A DNA stretch of 64,000 nt from the IMG/VR virus record IMGVR_UViG_3300025276_004419, positions 1 to 64,000 of that record, one strand, 5' to 3'. Made by a program: the position numbers and the translations under genes. The notes beneath the pieces are model-generated. The model did no database searches, was not told the origin of the DNA, and worked only from the letters and a program-made list of their open reading frames with translations. Each line of letters begins with the position of its first letter. The first letter of the stretch is position 1. Origin of the DNA: a virus. Shown piece after piece: positions 19,973 through 29,730 of the stretch.

Positions 19973-19994
19973 CTGTTTGGAGAATGAAAAACAG
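19973..19994 (+). promoter_or_regulatory. leader hairpin CTGTTT-GGAGAATGAA-AAACAG
   Basis: Near-copy of 24602-24621. Confidence 0.55.
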
Positions 19995-20023
19995 TATTAT
20001 TTAATAATACAATAACAATATAA

Positions 20024-22573
20024 ATGGCTAGACAATTATTTTACGGGAAATTATCCCCATTTACTCCAATAGGAAATGGTTCAAACTCTTATATTAGAGT
20101 TAGATTTGATGCTGCTACTGATTCTACTACATTAACTAATGTAACAGATGTATCCGGATTCCTAAATATAGATTTTGTACGTGTAGGACAAACATTAGTT
20201 GAAAGTTCAGCATTCCCATCAGGTACAGTTATTACAGCTGTAGATACGAGTGAAAATACTATTACAGTTACTGATTTACCTACAACAGCAGAATCTCAAG
20301 GATTAGGTAGAATTTCTCCTGCTCCTGGTGATTACTATATAGCATCAGCATCTATCACAGATCCTCAAGGTTTAATAAATTTTAATGATATTACAGGTAG
20401 TGCTGATACTGATTATGTTACAGATAGTATTATATACGGTGTTTTAGGACAAGCAGCAGACAGTAGTCAAAATATAATTACTGGGAGATTCCACAAATAT
20501 ACTATTTCAGAAGTATTTTATAGAAACCCAGTAGGGAATGAAGGTTCTATTTATATAGAATGGGGAGAAAAAGATACAGAAGCTAGTAGTGGAGATGAAT
20601 TATATCAATCTAACCAAGCTACAGCAATTGTAGGACTTTCTATTTCAGAATCTTTATCTCCTATATTTACTAGAAACCTTACAGGTATCCAAGATTTAAA
20701 TGTTGGGCAAGAAACAGCTGGTTATCAAATAGAAGTACAAGACTTTTTAGACGATCTATCAGTATCAGATATATTCTATACTGGCTCTTTAGTGCTAGGT
20801 AACGCTGGTAATCTCAATTTCGCAGGTTCAGGTGTCGAAGTGGAAAAGAGCGGTTCGGATGGCGTACTTATTAATATTACTGGCGGAGCTGGTGGTACAT
20901 CAGGTTCATCAGGTTCATCAGGTACATCTGGTATAGATGGTTCAAGTGGTTCATCAGGTACCTCAGGTGCAGATGGCAGCTCAGGAAGTTCAGGTACAAG
21001 TGGCTCATCAGGTTCATCAGGTACTTCAGGAGCAGACGGTAGCTCAGGTTCTTCAGGCACATCAGGTATAGATGGTTCAAGCGGTTCAAGCGGTACTTCA
21101 GGTGCCGATGGTAGTTCAGGATCTTCAGGTACATCCGGAGCCGATGGTTCATCAGGCTCAAGTGGTACATCAGGTAGTTCAGGTTCATCAGGCTCAAGTG
21201 GTACATCAGGTAGTTCAGGTTCATCAGGAACCTCAGGTGCAGATGGTAGTTCAGGAAGTTCAGGTACATCAGGGGCAGACGGTAGCTCAGGCTCAAGTGG
21301 CACTTCAGGTGCAGACGGTTCAAGCGGTTCAAGCGGTTCAAGCGGTACATCAGGTGCTGACGGTTCTTCAGGTTCAAGCGGTACTTCAGGAGCAGATGGT
21401 AGTTCAGGTAGTTCAGGTACTTCAGGTGCCGATGGTTCATCAGGTTCCTCAGGTACTTCAGGTGACGATGGTTCAAGTGGTAGTTCTGGCACATCAGGCA
21501 GTTCAGGTTCTTCAGGAACTTCGGGTGCAGACGGTAGCTCAGGCTCAAGCGGTACTTCAGGTGCGGACGGTTCAAGTGGTTCAAGTGGTTCTTCAGGAAC
21601 TTCAGGTGTAGATGGATCAAGTGGTTCTTCAGGAACTTCTGGAGTGGATGGTTCGAGTGGTTCAAGCGGTACTTCAGGTGCAGATGGTAGTTCAGGTAGT
21701 TCAGGTACAAGTGGTTCATCAGGTTCTTCAGGCACATCAGGCACATCAGGTGCAGATGGTTCATCAGGTTCAAGCGGTACTTCGGGCTCATCAGGTTCAT
21801 CAGGCACTTCAGGTGCAGATGGATCTTCAGGTTCAAGCGGTACTTCAGGTTCATCAGGTTCATCAGGCACATCAGGTGTAGCTGATATCTTAAATAATGC
21901 TGATCATAGACTTACTACAGCAAACGGTATATCAGGAGAATTACAAGCGGAAGCTGATTTTACATTTGACCCTACAGATACTGATAGACCTATTTTAACT
22001 TTAGGTGAAGTAAATAAAGTAGAATCTAAATTTGTAAGTTTTGGACGAACCATAATTAGCGGTTCGGATAGTAGTTCTACCACCCGTGGTTTAGAATTCC
22101 AAAACATTTCAGGTTCTACTTATAATTCTTATGTTAGACACAATGCTGAAATGGAGCTCGAATTATCGAGTAGTGTTGCTATTAATATAGCGGGTATTGT
22201 AAACAGAGGTGTTTCATCAAGTGGTGGTAGTTTAACAACAACTTTAACATATAAAGGTACCATAGGTACTAGTGCTCAAGTTGATGTATTATCAGCAGCA
22301 AATTTATCAATGGATTCTACCGACTATATAGGTCTCGTAGCTGATTATGCTATTGAAACTTCAATAGGTGCTAGAAGATTTGGAACAGTAAAGGTAACAT
22401 TTAATAATACTACATCAACAAACTCCGATATTTCTACTTTAGATCTTGGAAGTAGTACTTCAGCAGTTAGTTTTTCTACTACAGGAGATCCATTAGAATT
22501 ATTTGTAGTAAATAGTGATGCAACTAATACAGTAGACATAGCAATGTCATTTAAATTAATTTCAGTACCTTAA
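20024..22573 (+). CDS. Ser/Thr-rich Gly-X-Y fibre protein 2
   Basis: About 290-aa N-domain, about 330 aa of GSS/GTS/GAD triplets; C-domain shares DY.G.V.DY......G..RFGTV.V with the 22646 ORF. Confidence 0.8.
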   Translation: MARQLFYGKLSPFTPIGNGSNSYIRVRFDAATDSTTLTNVTDVSGFLNIDFVRVGQTLVESSAFPSGTVITAVDTSENTITVTDLPTTAESQGLGRISPAPGDYYIASASITDPQGLINFNDITGSADTDYVTDSIIYGVLGQAADSSQNIITGRFHKYTISEVFYRNPVGNEGSIYIEWGEKDTEASSGDELYQSNQATAIVGLSISESLSPIFTRNLTGIQDLNVGQETAGYQIEVQDFLDDLSVSDIFYTGSLVLGNAGNLNFAGSGVEVEKSGSDGVLINITGGAGGTSGSSGSSGTSGIDGSSGSSGTSGADGSSGSSGTSGSSGSSGTSGADGSSGSSGTSGIDGSSGSSGTSGADGSSGSSGTSGADGSSGSSGTSGSSGSSGSSGTSGSSGSSGTSGADGSSGSSGTSGADGSSGSSGTSGADGSSGSSGSSGTSGADGSSGSSGTSGADGSSGSSGTSGADGSSGSSGTSGDDGSSGSSGTSGSSGSSGTSGADGSSGSSGTSGADGSSGSSGSSGTSGVDGSSGSSGTSGVDGSSGSSGTSGADGSSGSSGTSGSSGSSGTSGTSGADGSSGSSGTSGSSGSSGTSGADGSSGSSGTSGSSGSSGTSGVADILNNADHRLTTANGISGELQAEADFTFDPTDTDRPILTLGEVNKVESKFVSFGRTIISGSDSSSTTRGLEFQNISGSTYNSYVRHNAEMELELSSSVAINIAGIVNRGVSSSGGSLTTTLTYKGTIGTSAQVDVLSAANLSMDSTDYIGLVADYAIETSIGARRFGTVKVTFNNTTSTNSDISTLDLGSSTSAVSFSTTGDPLELFVVNSDATNTVDIAMSFKLISVP
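20894..21883 (+). repeat. coding GSS/GTS/GAD repeats
   Basis: Seen in sequence. Confidence 0.9.
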
Positions 22574-22645
22574 TAGTAAGTGTAATACTTACATTTAAGT
22601 ATAATACGTATAACAGTAATAACAACAATAAAATAACGAAAACAA

Positions 22646-24508
22646 ATGGCTAACGAATTAGTAATTAGGGACGGATTAATTTCACTGGGTGGAATTAACT
22701 TTCCTTACAAAGCAGTAACTAGCACATATGCTATTACCGCCTCAGATTACATGGTGGATGCTACCTCTGGTACTTTCACTATTACATTACCCACATCAGT
22801 AGGGGTTGCTGGAAAAATATTTGAGGTTAAAAATAGTGGTGCTGGTACAATTACTGTTGCTACTACTTCAAGTCAAACTATAGATGGTGATCTTACTATT
22901 ACTTTAACTGAAAAACAAAATCTTTCAGTTCAGAGTGATGGTACAAATTGGATTGTAGGTGGAGCTAATGGTACTTCGGGTTCATCAGGAACATCAGGTT
23001 CATCAGGAACATCAGGTTCATCAGGAACATCAGGTAGTTCAGGTTCAAGCGGTACCTCAGGTTCATCAGGAACTTCAGGATCATCAGGAACTTCAGGTTC
23101 ATCAGGTACTTCAGGTAGCTCAGGATCATCAGGTACTAGTGGTTCATCAGGCTCATCAGGTACTAGTGGTTCATCAGGCTCATCAGGTACTAGTGGTTCA
23201 TCAGGAACATCAGGTAGCTCAGGTACTTCAGGTAGCTCAGGTTCAAGTGGTACATCAGGATCATCAGGTTCTTCAGGTACATCAGGTGCAGACGGATCTT
23301 CAGGTTCAAGCGGTACTTCAGGTTCAAGCGGTACTTCAGGATCATCAGGAACTTCAGGTTCAAGCGGTACTTCAGGTAGCTCAGGCTCATCAGGTACTAG
23401 TGGTTCATCAGGAACATCAGGTAGCTCAGGAACATCAGGTAGCTCAGGTAGCTCAGGTACATCAGGTAGCTCAGGTTCTTCAGGTACTTCAGGTTCATCT
23501 GGTACTAGTGGTTCATCTGGTACTTCAGGATCAAGTGGTACATCAGGTAGCTCAGGCTCATCAGGTACTTCAGGATCAGCAGGTAGCTCAGGCTCATCAG
23601 GAACTTCAGGATCGTCAGGAACTTCAGGTTCATCAGGTACTTCAGGATCAAGTGGTTCATCAGGTACTTCAGGATCAAGTGGTTCATCAGGAACTTCAGG
23701 ATCATCAGGAACTTCAGGTTCATCAGGGACTTCAGGTAGTTCGGGTTCAAGCGGTACTTCAGGATCATCAGGTACCTCAGGTTCATCAGGTACTTCAGGA
23801 TCAAGTGGCTCATCAGGTACTTCAGGTGCAGACGGTTCAAGCGGTTCAAGCGGTACTTCAGGTTCATCAGGAACTTCAGGTTCATCAGGTACTTCAGGAT
23901 CAAGTGGTTCATCAGGAACATCAGGATCGTCAGGTACATCAGGATCATCAGGTACATCAGGTAGTTCAGGATCATCAGGTACATCAGGTAGTTCAGGATC
24001 ATCAGGTACTTCAGGATCATCAGGTACATCAGGTAGTTCAGGATCATCAGGTACTTCAGGTGTAGCAGATATCTTAAACGATGGTCTAAATAGAGTAATC
24101 GTTGCTACAGGTACTAGTGGTGTTGTATTAGCTAAATCTAATCATATCTTTACTACTGATAGTTATACTCTTAACGGTGATATTACTAGACAAGGTACTA
24201 ATATTTCAGTTGTAAATGGTGCTAACGGAAACGTACTCGTAGCTTCAGGAACTGATTATATGGGTGCTGTTGTAGACTACTCATTTGAATCCTTAGTTGG
24301 ATCTCAAAGATTCGGTACTGTTAGAGTTAATTTCGATTCAGCAACTGCTGTAATGGATGAAACTTCAACAACTGATCTAAATGGTAGTACTGATACAGTA
24401 GTATTTAGTGTTGCAGTAGCAGGAGGTAATATGACTCTTAGTGTTGCTAATGGTATAGGTAGTACTATTGAATTAGTAGCTGTAGTTAATTTAATATTTA
24501 GAAACTAA
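22646..24508 (+). CDS. Ser/Thr-rich Gly-X-Y fibre protein 3
   Basis: About 120 consecutive triplets, almost all GSS/GTS; N-terminal FTITLP...G....VKNSG domain. Confidence 0.8.
   Translation: MANELVIRDGLISLGGINFPYKAVTSTYAITASDYMVDATSGTFTITLPTSVGVAGKIFEVKNSGAGTITVATTSSQTIDGDLTITLTEKQNLSVQSDGTNWIVGGANGTSGSSGTSGSSGTSGSSGTSGSSGSSGTSGSSGTSGSSGTSGSSGTSGSSGSSGTSGSSGSSGTSGSSGSSGTSGSSGTSGSSGTSGSSGSSGTSGSSGSSGTSGADGSSGSSGTSGSSGTSGSSGTSGSSGTSGSSGSSGTSGSSGTSGSSGTSGSSGSSGTSGSSGSSGTSGSSGTSGSSGTSGSSGTSGSSGSSGTSGSAGSSGSSGTSGSSGTSGSSGTSGSSGSSGTSGSSGSSGTSGSSGTSGSSGTSGSSGSSGTSGSSGTSGSSGTSGSSGSSGTSGADGSSGSSGTSGSSGTSGSSGTSGSSGSSGTSGSSGTSGSSGTSGSSGSSGTSGSSGSSGTSGSSGTSGSSGSSGTSGVADILNDGLNRVIVATGTSGVVLAKSNHIFTTDSYTLNGDITRQGTNISVVNGANGNVLVASGTDYMGAVVDYSFESLVGSQRFGTVRVNFDSATAVMDETSTTDLNGSTDTVVFSVAVAGGNMTLSVANGIGSTIELVAVVNLIFRN
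22961..24067 (+). repeat. coding GSS/GTS repeats (about 123 triplets)
   Basis: 1107 bp with no visible register break. Confidence 0.9.
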
Positions 24509-24536
24509 ATATAATATAACTTAATTTAAATAAATT

Positions 24537-24568
24537 TGCCCCTCCTCACGGAGGGGCATTTTTTTTTT
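24537..24568 (+). terminator. intrinsic terminator after fibre 3
   Basis: TGCCCCTCC-TCAC-GGAGGGGCA plus T10. Confidence 0.9.
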
Positions 24569-24580
24569 CCTCTATCTAAC

Positions 24581-24589
24581 ATATGTATA
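24581..24589 (+). promoter_or_regulatory. putative late promoter
   Basis: ATATGTATA after terminator. Confidence 0.6.
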
Positions 24590-24601
24590 CCCGATATTAA
24601 C

Positions 24602-24621
24602 CTGTTGGACAATGAAAACAG
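24602..24621 (+). promoter_or_regulatory. leader hairpin CTGTT-GGACAATGAA-AACAG
   Basis: Near-copy of 19973-19994. Confidence 0.55.
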
Positions 24622-24630
24622 AACTACGCA

Positions 24631-26442
24631 ATGGCAAACGAATTTAAAATAAAGAATGGCCTGATTATTTCAGGCACTCTTCCCACAGCTCCTTCCGAAA
24701 ATACTGTATTAGTAATAGATTCAGACGGAGTAGTAAAAACAAAAGAAGCAGCAGCATCCTCAGGATCTTCTGGTACGTCAGGTAGTTCAGGTACATCCGG
24801 ATCAAGTGGTTCATCAGGTACATCAGGTATAAACGGTACAAGTGGATCAAGTGGTTCATCAGGTTCATCAGGCACTTCAGGTACTTCAGGTTTATCTGGA
24901 GTAAATGGTGCAGATGGTACTAATGGTACTTCAGGTACAACAGGTACAGGTGGTACTTCAGGTTCTTCAGGTTCATCAGGAACTTCTGGTTCATCAGGAA
25001 CTTCTGGTTCATCAGGTACTTCAGGTTCATCAGGAACTTCAGGAAACGCTGGTACATCAGGCTCAAGCGGTACTTCAGGTAGCTCAGGTACATCAGGTTC
25101 TTCAGGTTCATCTGGTACAAGTGGTACTTCAGGATCATCAGGCACTTCAGGATCATCAGGTACTTCAGGTTCATCAGGTACTTCAGGATCATCAGGTTCA
25201 AGTGGTACTTCAGGATCATCAGGCACTTCAGGATCATCAGGCACTTCAGGATCATCAGGTTCATCTGGTACAAGTGGCACATCAGGTACTGATGGTGTCG
25301 GTGGTTCATCAGGTAGCTCAGGAACATCTGGAACCAGCGGTTCATCAGGAACATCAGGGAGCTCAGGTACCTCAGGTGTAGATGGTAATAATGGTACTTC
25401 AGGATCAAGCGGTAGTTCAGGTACATCAGGAAGCTCAGGCACATCAGGAAGTTCAGGCACATCAGGAAGCTCAGGTACCTCAGGTTCTTCAGGTAGTTCA
25501 GGAACATCAGGCACATCAGGTAGCTCAGGATCTTCAGGTACTAGTGGTACATCAGGTTCATCAGGTACATCGGGTTCAAGCGGTACTTCAGGTTCAGCTA
25601 CTATTGCTAATTTAGGTAATAATAGAATAACTACATCAACAGGTGTGCAAGGTGCATTAAATGCAGAAGCTAATTTGTTATTTGATGGTAGTACATTAAC
25701 CGTAACAGGTGGTTTAACTGTAACAGGCAATACTACTTTAGGTAATGCTGGTACAGACGAAATTACACTAACAGGAAAAGTAGTTACTGATATTTTAACA
25801 GATGCCGCAGGAAATACTATAGGTGATGCTACTAATCCTTGGGAAATTATTGCTAATACAGTAAAAGCTAATTTAACTACAGGTGTTGATAACTCTGTAG
25901 TAATCAAAGATGCAGATGGTTTCCTAAAAACAGATGAGATTGATTCTCGTGTTTGGGGTTCAAGTTTAGTAGATGCTACAACAGGTGCTGCTACTAGAAT
26001 AGCAACATTTACAGATGCTAATTCAATTGAAGGAGATGCAAATGTTACCTGGGATGGTAATGAATTCCTTGTTCAAGGTGCATTAACCGCAAATGAGAAA
26101 AACTTTGATATACCACATCCATCTAAAGAAGGATGGAGACTTCGTCACTCTGTTATGGAGGGACCTGAAAGAGGTGTGTATGTTAGAGGAAAGATAAAAG
26201 ACAATAAAACTATTACACTTCCAGATTACTGGAAAGATTTAGTATACGAAGATAGTATATCAGTTCAATTAACAGCTATAGGCAAATCACGTGCTCATCA
26301 TGTGGTTAACGTAAATACCTCTACCATCACAATAGGTTGTACGTTTGGTTCTATTAACGCATATTACCACGTATATGCTGAAAGAAAAGCAGATACTCCG
26401 GTATTAGTTGAATACGAAGTAACAGAAAACATAACTAAGTAA
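24631..26442 (+). CDS. Ser/Thr-rich Gly-X-Y fibre protein 4 with phage fibre C-terminal domain
   Basis: GSS/GTS repeats; C-terminal KNFDIPHP...LRHS.MEGPE.GVYVRG...LPDYW...VYAERK domain typical of phage fibre C-termini (possible assembly chaperone). Confidence 0.8.
   Translation: MANEFKIKNGLIISGTLPTAPSENTVLVIDSDGVVKTKEAAASSGSSGTSGSSGTSGSSGSSGTSGINGTSGSSGSSGSSGTSGTSGLSGVNGADGTNGTSGTTGTGGTSGSSGSSGTSGSSGTSGSSGTSGSSGTSGNAGTSGSSGTSGSSGTSGSSGSSGTSGTSGSSGTSGSSGTSGSSGTSGSSGSSGTSGSSGTSGSSGTSGSSGSSGTSGTSGTDGVGGSSGSSGTSGTSGSSGTSGSSGTSGVDGNNGTSGSSGSSGTSGSSGTSGSSGTSGSSGTSGSSGSSGTSGTSGSSGSSGTSGTSGSSGTSGSSGTSGSATIANLGNNRITTSTGVQGALNAEANLLFDGSTLTVTGGLTVTGNTTLGNAGTDEITLTGKVVTDILTDAAGNTIGDATNPWEIIANTVKANLTTGVDNSVVIKDADGFLKTDEIDSRVWGSSLVDATTGAATRIATFTDANSIEGDANVTWDGNEFLVQGALTANEKNFDIPHPSKEGWRLRHSVMEGPERGVYVRGKIKDNKTITLPDYWKDLVYEDSISVQLTAIGKSRAHHVVNVNTSTITIGCTFGSINAYYHVYAERKADTPVLVEYEVTENITK
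24763..25599 (+). repeat. coding GSS/GTS repeats
   Basis: Seen in sequence. Confidence 0.9.
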
Positions 26443-26445
26443 ACC

Positions 26446-29400
26446 ATGGCTAAAAACGTTCAAATAGTCCCACCATCAGGTAGTTTAGAATTTACAGATA
26501 GCGCTGCTCCAAACAGTGTTAAAATGGAAATTAACGCTTCTGGAGAAATGATAACCTCAGCAGGGGGGAACACTCTGATGACTATGAGCTCAGGTGAGAT
26601 AGATGTTGATAATAATACAAAACTCCTTATTCCAAAAGGTGATGAAGGCTCAGCTCCAACAGAGGCAGGCGCCTTATTTTTTGATGAAGGGGGTAATGAA
26701 TTAAGAATAGGTGATGGTAGTGGTACTGTTACTGGTGGTGGTGAAAAAGGTGCCAAAGGTAGTACAGGAGCAATTGGTCCAATAGGTCCAATTGGTATAT
26801 CCGTCATTGGTCCCATTGGAGCAACAGGTGCACAAGGTCCTATAGGAAATATAGGTAATATTGGTGTACAAGGTCCTATTGGTCCAATTGGTACATCACT
26901 TATAGGTGCTATTGGTCCTAAAGGTAGTATAGGCCCAATTGGTAACATTGGAATACAAGGCCCTATTGGTCCTACAGGTGCCGGTGGTACAGGAATTATT
27001 GGTCCTATCGGTCCTAAAGGTAGTATAGGTAATATTGGTCCTATAGGTAATATTGGAACTACTGGACCTATTGGTCCTATTGGTAATTCACCTATTGGTC
27101 CTATTGGAAACACAGGAGCACAAGGTCCTATTGGTAATATTGGAATACAAGGTCCTATTGGTCCAATTGGTTTAATTGGTACATCAGTCATAGGTCCAAT
27201 CGGAAATACAGGAGCTCAAGGCCCACGAGGTTTAATAGGCCCATTAGGTCCTAAAGGTAGCATAGGTCCAATTGGTACATCTGTTATTGGCCCAATTGGA
27301 GCAACAGGAGCACAAGGTCCACGAGGTTTAATAGGCCCATTAGGTCCTAAAGGTTCTATTGGTCCAATTGGTGTATCAGTCATAGGTCCTATTGGGGCAA
27401 CAGGAGCACAAGGTCCTATTGGTCTTATAGGTGCTATTGGTCCCAAAGGTACTATTGGCCCAATAGGTACATCAGTCATAGGCCCAATCGGTCCTAAAGG
27501 TACTATAGGTAATATTGGAAATATTGGAAATATAGGTCCACAAGGCCCTATTGGTCCCATAGGAAATTCACCTATTGGTCCTATTGGAAATACTGGAGCA
27601 CAAGGTCCTAGAGGTTTAATTGGAATACAAGGTCCAACAGGACCAATCGGTCCTATTGGTACTTCAGTCATTGGTCCTATAGGGGCAACAGGAGCACAAG
27701 GTCCTAGAGGTTTAATTGGAATACAAGGTCCAACAGGTCCAATTGGTCCAATTGGTACGTCTGTTATTGGCCCTATAGGTAATACAGGAGCACAAGGTCC
27801 TAGAGGTTTGATTGGTATACAAGGTCCTACGGGACCAATTGGTCCAATCGGTACATCGGTTATTGGTCCTATAGGAATCACAGGAGCACAAGGCCCTAGA
27901 GGTTTGATTGGTATACAAGGTCCTACTGGACCAATTGGTCCAATCGGTACATCGGTTATAGGCCCAATAGGTCCTAAAGGTACTATTGGTAATATAGGAA
28001 ATATAGGTCCACAAGGTCCAATCGGCCCTATTGGAACATCAGTCATAGGTCCAATAGGTCCAACAGGAGCACAAGGACCACGAGGTCCAATCGGTATACA
28101 AGGTCCAATCGGTCCTATTGGAACATCAGTCATAGGTCCAATAGGTCCAACAGGAATACAAGGCCCTAGAGGTCCAATCGGTATACAAGGTCCTACTGGA
28201 CCAATTGGTCCTATTGGTACATCAGTTATAGGCCCAATAGGTCCAACAGGAATACAAGGTCCTAGAGGCCCAATCGGTATACAAGGTCCAATCGGTCCTA
28301 TTGGAACATCGGTTATAGGCCCAATCGGGAATACAGGAGCACAAGGACCACGAGGTCCAATTGGTATACAAGGTCCAATAGGTCCTATAGGTCCAATTGG
28401 TACATCAGTCATAGGTCCAATCGGTCCAACAGGAATACAAGGCCCTAGAGGTTTAATAGGAATACAAGGTCCAATCGGTCCAATCGGTCCTATCGGAACA
28501 TCTGTTATAGGCCCGCAAGGTCCAATTGGAAATATTGGTATACAAGGTCCTAGAGGTTTAATTGGTCCAATCGGTCCTAAAGGTACTACAGGAAGTTCAC
28601 CTATTGGTCCTATTGGTCCACGAGGTCCTATTGGTATACAAGGCCCAATTGGTCCTAAAGGTACTACGGGTGCCATTGGTCCTATTGGTAACTCACCTAT
28701 TGGTCCTATTGGTCCACGAGGTCCTATTGGTATACAAGGCCCCATTGGTCCTAAAGGTTCTACCGGCGCTATTGGTCCTATTGGTAACTCACCTATTGGT
28801 CCTATTGGTCCACAAGGTCCTATTGGTCCACAAGGTCCAATCGGTCCTAAAGGTTCTACCGGCGCCATTGGTAATATTGGTAACTCTCCAATTGGCCCAC
28901 AAGGTCCTAGAGGTCCTATTGGTATACAAGGCCCAATTGGTCCTAAAGGTTCTACCGGCGCCATTGGTCCTATTGGTAACTCTCCAATTGGCCCACAAGG
29001 TCCTAGAGGTCCTATTGGTATACAAGGCCCAATTGGTCCTAAAGGTTCTACCGGCGCTATTGGTCCTATTGGTAACTCACCTATTGGTCCCCAAGGTCCT
29101 ATAGGCCCTACAGGAGCACAAGGTCCTAGAGGTTCAATTGGTCCAATCGGTCCTAAAGGTAGTATAGGTATTTCACCTATTGGTCCTATTGGTCCACAAG
29201 GTCCTATTGGTCCAGGTGGAGCTATTGGTGTACAAGGTCCTATTGGTCCACAAGGTCCTATTGGTCCAACGGGTGCTCAAGGTCCTATTGGTCCAGGTTC
29301 AACTGCTATTGGTCCCATAGGTCCAACAGGAGATATAGGTGGAATAGGTCCAATTGGAGCATCTGTTATTGGTCCAATTGGTCCACAAGGTCCTATTGGT

Positions 29401-29670
29401 CCTGGAGGTGCTGAAGGTGCTCAAGGAACAAATGGTACTACAGGTCCTATTGGTCCTGGAGGTCCTTCCGGAAGTTCACCAATTGGTCCACGAGGTCCAA
29501 TCGGTCCTTTAGGTCCTATAGGATCACAAGGTAATATTGGTCCACGAGGTCCTCAGGGTCCTACAGGTGCTGATGGTAACCCAGGAGGTATTACTACAAA
29601 CTTTACTATCACTGCTTTAAACGGAGATTTTGATTTTGTATTCTCAAATGGAACTTTACAGTCCATATAG
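26446..29670 (+). CDS. Pro/Ile-rich collagen-like fibre protein A
   Basis: About 950 aa of GPI/GPK/GPQ/GIQ triplets with recurring GTSVI/GNSPI interruptions. Confidence 0.85.
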   Translation: MAKNVQIVPPSGSLEFTDSAAPNSVKMEINASGEMITSAGGNTLMTMSSGEIDVDNNTKLLIPKGDEGSAPTEAGALFFDEGGNELRIGDGSGTVTGGGEKGAKGSTGAIGPIGPIGISVIGPIGATGAQGPIGNIGNIGVQGPIGPIGTSLIGAIGPKGSIGPIGNIGIQGPIGPTGAGGTGIIGPIGPKGSIGNIGPIGNIGTTGPIGPIGNSPIGPIGNTGAQGPIGNIGIQGPIGPIGLIGTSVIGPIGNTGAQGPRGLIGPLGPKGSIGPIGTSVIGPIGATGAQGPRGLIGPLGPKGSIGPIGVSVIGPIGATGAQGPIGLIGAIGPKGTIGPIGTSVIGPIGPKGTIGNIGNIGNIGPQGPIGPIGNSPIGPIGNTGAQGPRGLIGIQGPTGPIGPIGTSVIGPIGATGAQGPRGLIGIQGPTGPIGPIGTSVIGPIGNTGAQGPRGLIGIQGPTGPIGPIGTSVIGPIGITGAQGPRGLIGIQGPTGPIGPIGTSVIGPIGPKGTIGNIGNIGPQGPIGPIGTSVIGPIGPTGAQGPRGPIGIQGPIGPIGTSVIGPIGPTGIQGPRGPIGIQGPTGPIGPIGTSVIGPIGPTGIQGPRGPIGIQGPIGPIGTSVIGPIGNTGAQGPRGPIGIQGPIGPIGPIGTSVIGPIGPTGIQGPRGLIGIQGPIGPIGPIGTSVIGPQGPIGNIGIQGPRGLIGPIGPKGTTGSSPIGPIGPRGPIGIQGPIGPKGTTGAIGPIGNSPIGPIGPRGPIGIQGPIGPKGSTGAIGPIGNSPIGPIGPQGPIGPQGPIGPKGSTGAIGNIGNSPIGPQGPRGPIGIQGPIGPKGSTGAIGPIGNSPIGPQGPRGPIGIQGPIGPKGSTGAIGPIGNSPIGPQGPIGPTGAQGPRGSIGPIGPKGSIGISPIGPIGPQGPIGPGGAIGVQGPIGPQGPIGPTGAQGPIGPGSTAIGPIGPTGDIGGIGPIGASVIGPIGPQGPIGPGGAEGAQGTNGTTGPIGPGGPSGSSPIGPRGPIGPLGPIGSQGNIGPRGPQGPTGADGNPGGITTNFTITALNGDFDFVFSNGTLQSI
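26740..29589 (+). repeat. coding collagen repeats, including four tandem 96-bp units
   Basis: GGAGCACAAGG begins at 27595, 27691, 27787 and 27883. Confidence 0.9.
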
Positions 29671-29703
29671 AATTAAAACTTGGTATAGCAGGTAAAATAA
29701 TTT

Positions 29704-29712
29704 ATATTTATA
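29704..29712 (+). promoter_or_regulatory. putative late promoter
   Basis: ATATTTATA heading the collagen B/modification operon. Confidence 0.6.
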
Positions 29713-29730
29713 TAAAACAAATAATCATCA

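Noticed and set aside
17464-25599. Possible CRISPR array or DGR template/variable repeats
   Set aside because: Repeats are in-frame coding triplets with synonymous variation and no unique spacers; no adenine-specific divergence and no reverse transcriptase or cas gene in the window.
17576-29104. Alternative-frame ORFs with VQVHQE or LNHLKY repeats (e.g. 22959-24065 +, 17576-18274 -)
   Set aside because: Frame-shifted readings of the same 9-bp repeats, confined to the repeat tracts.
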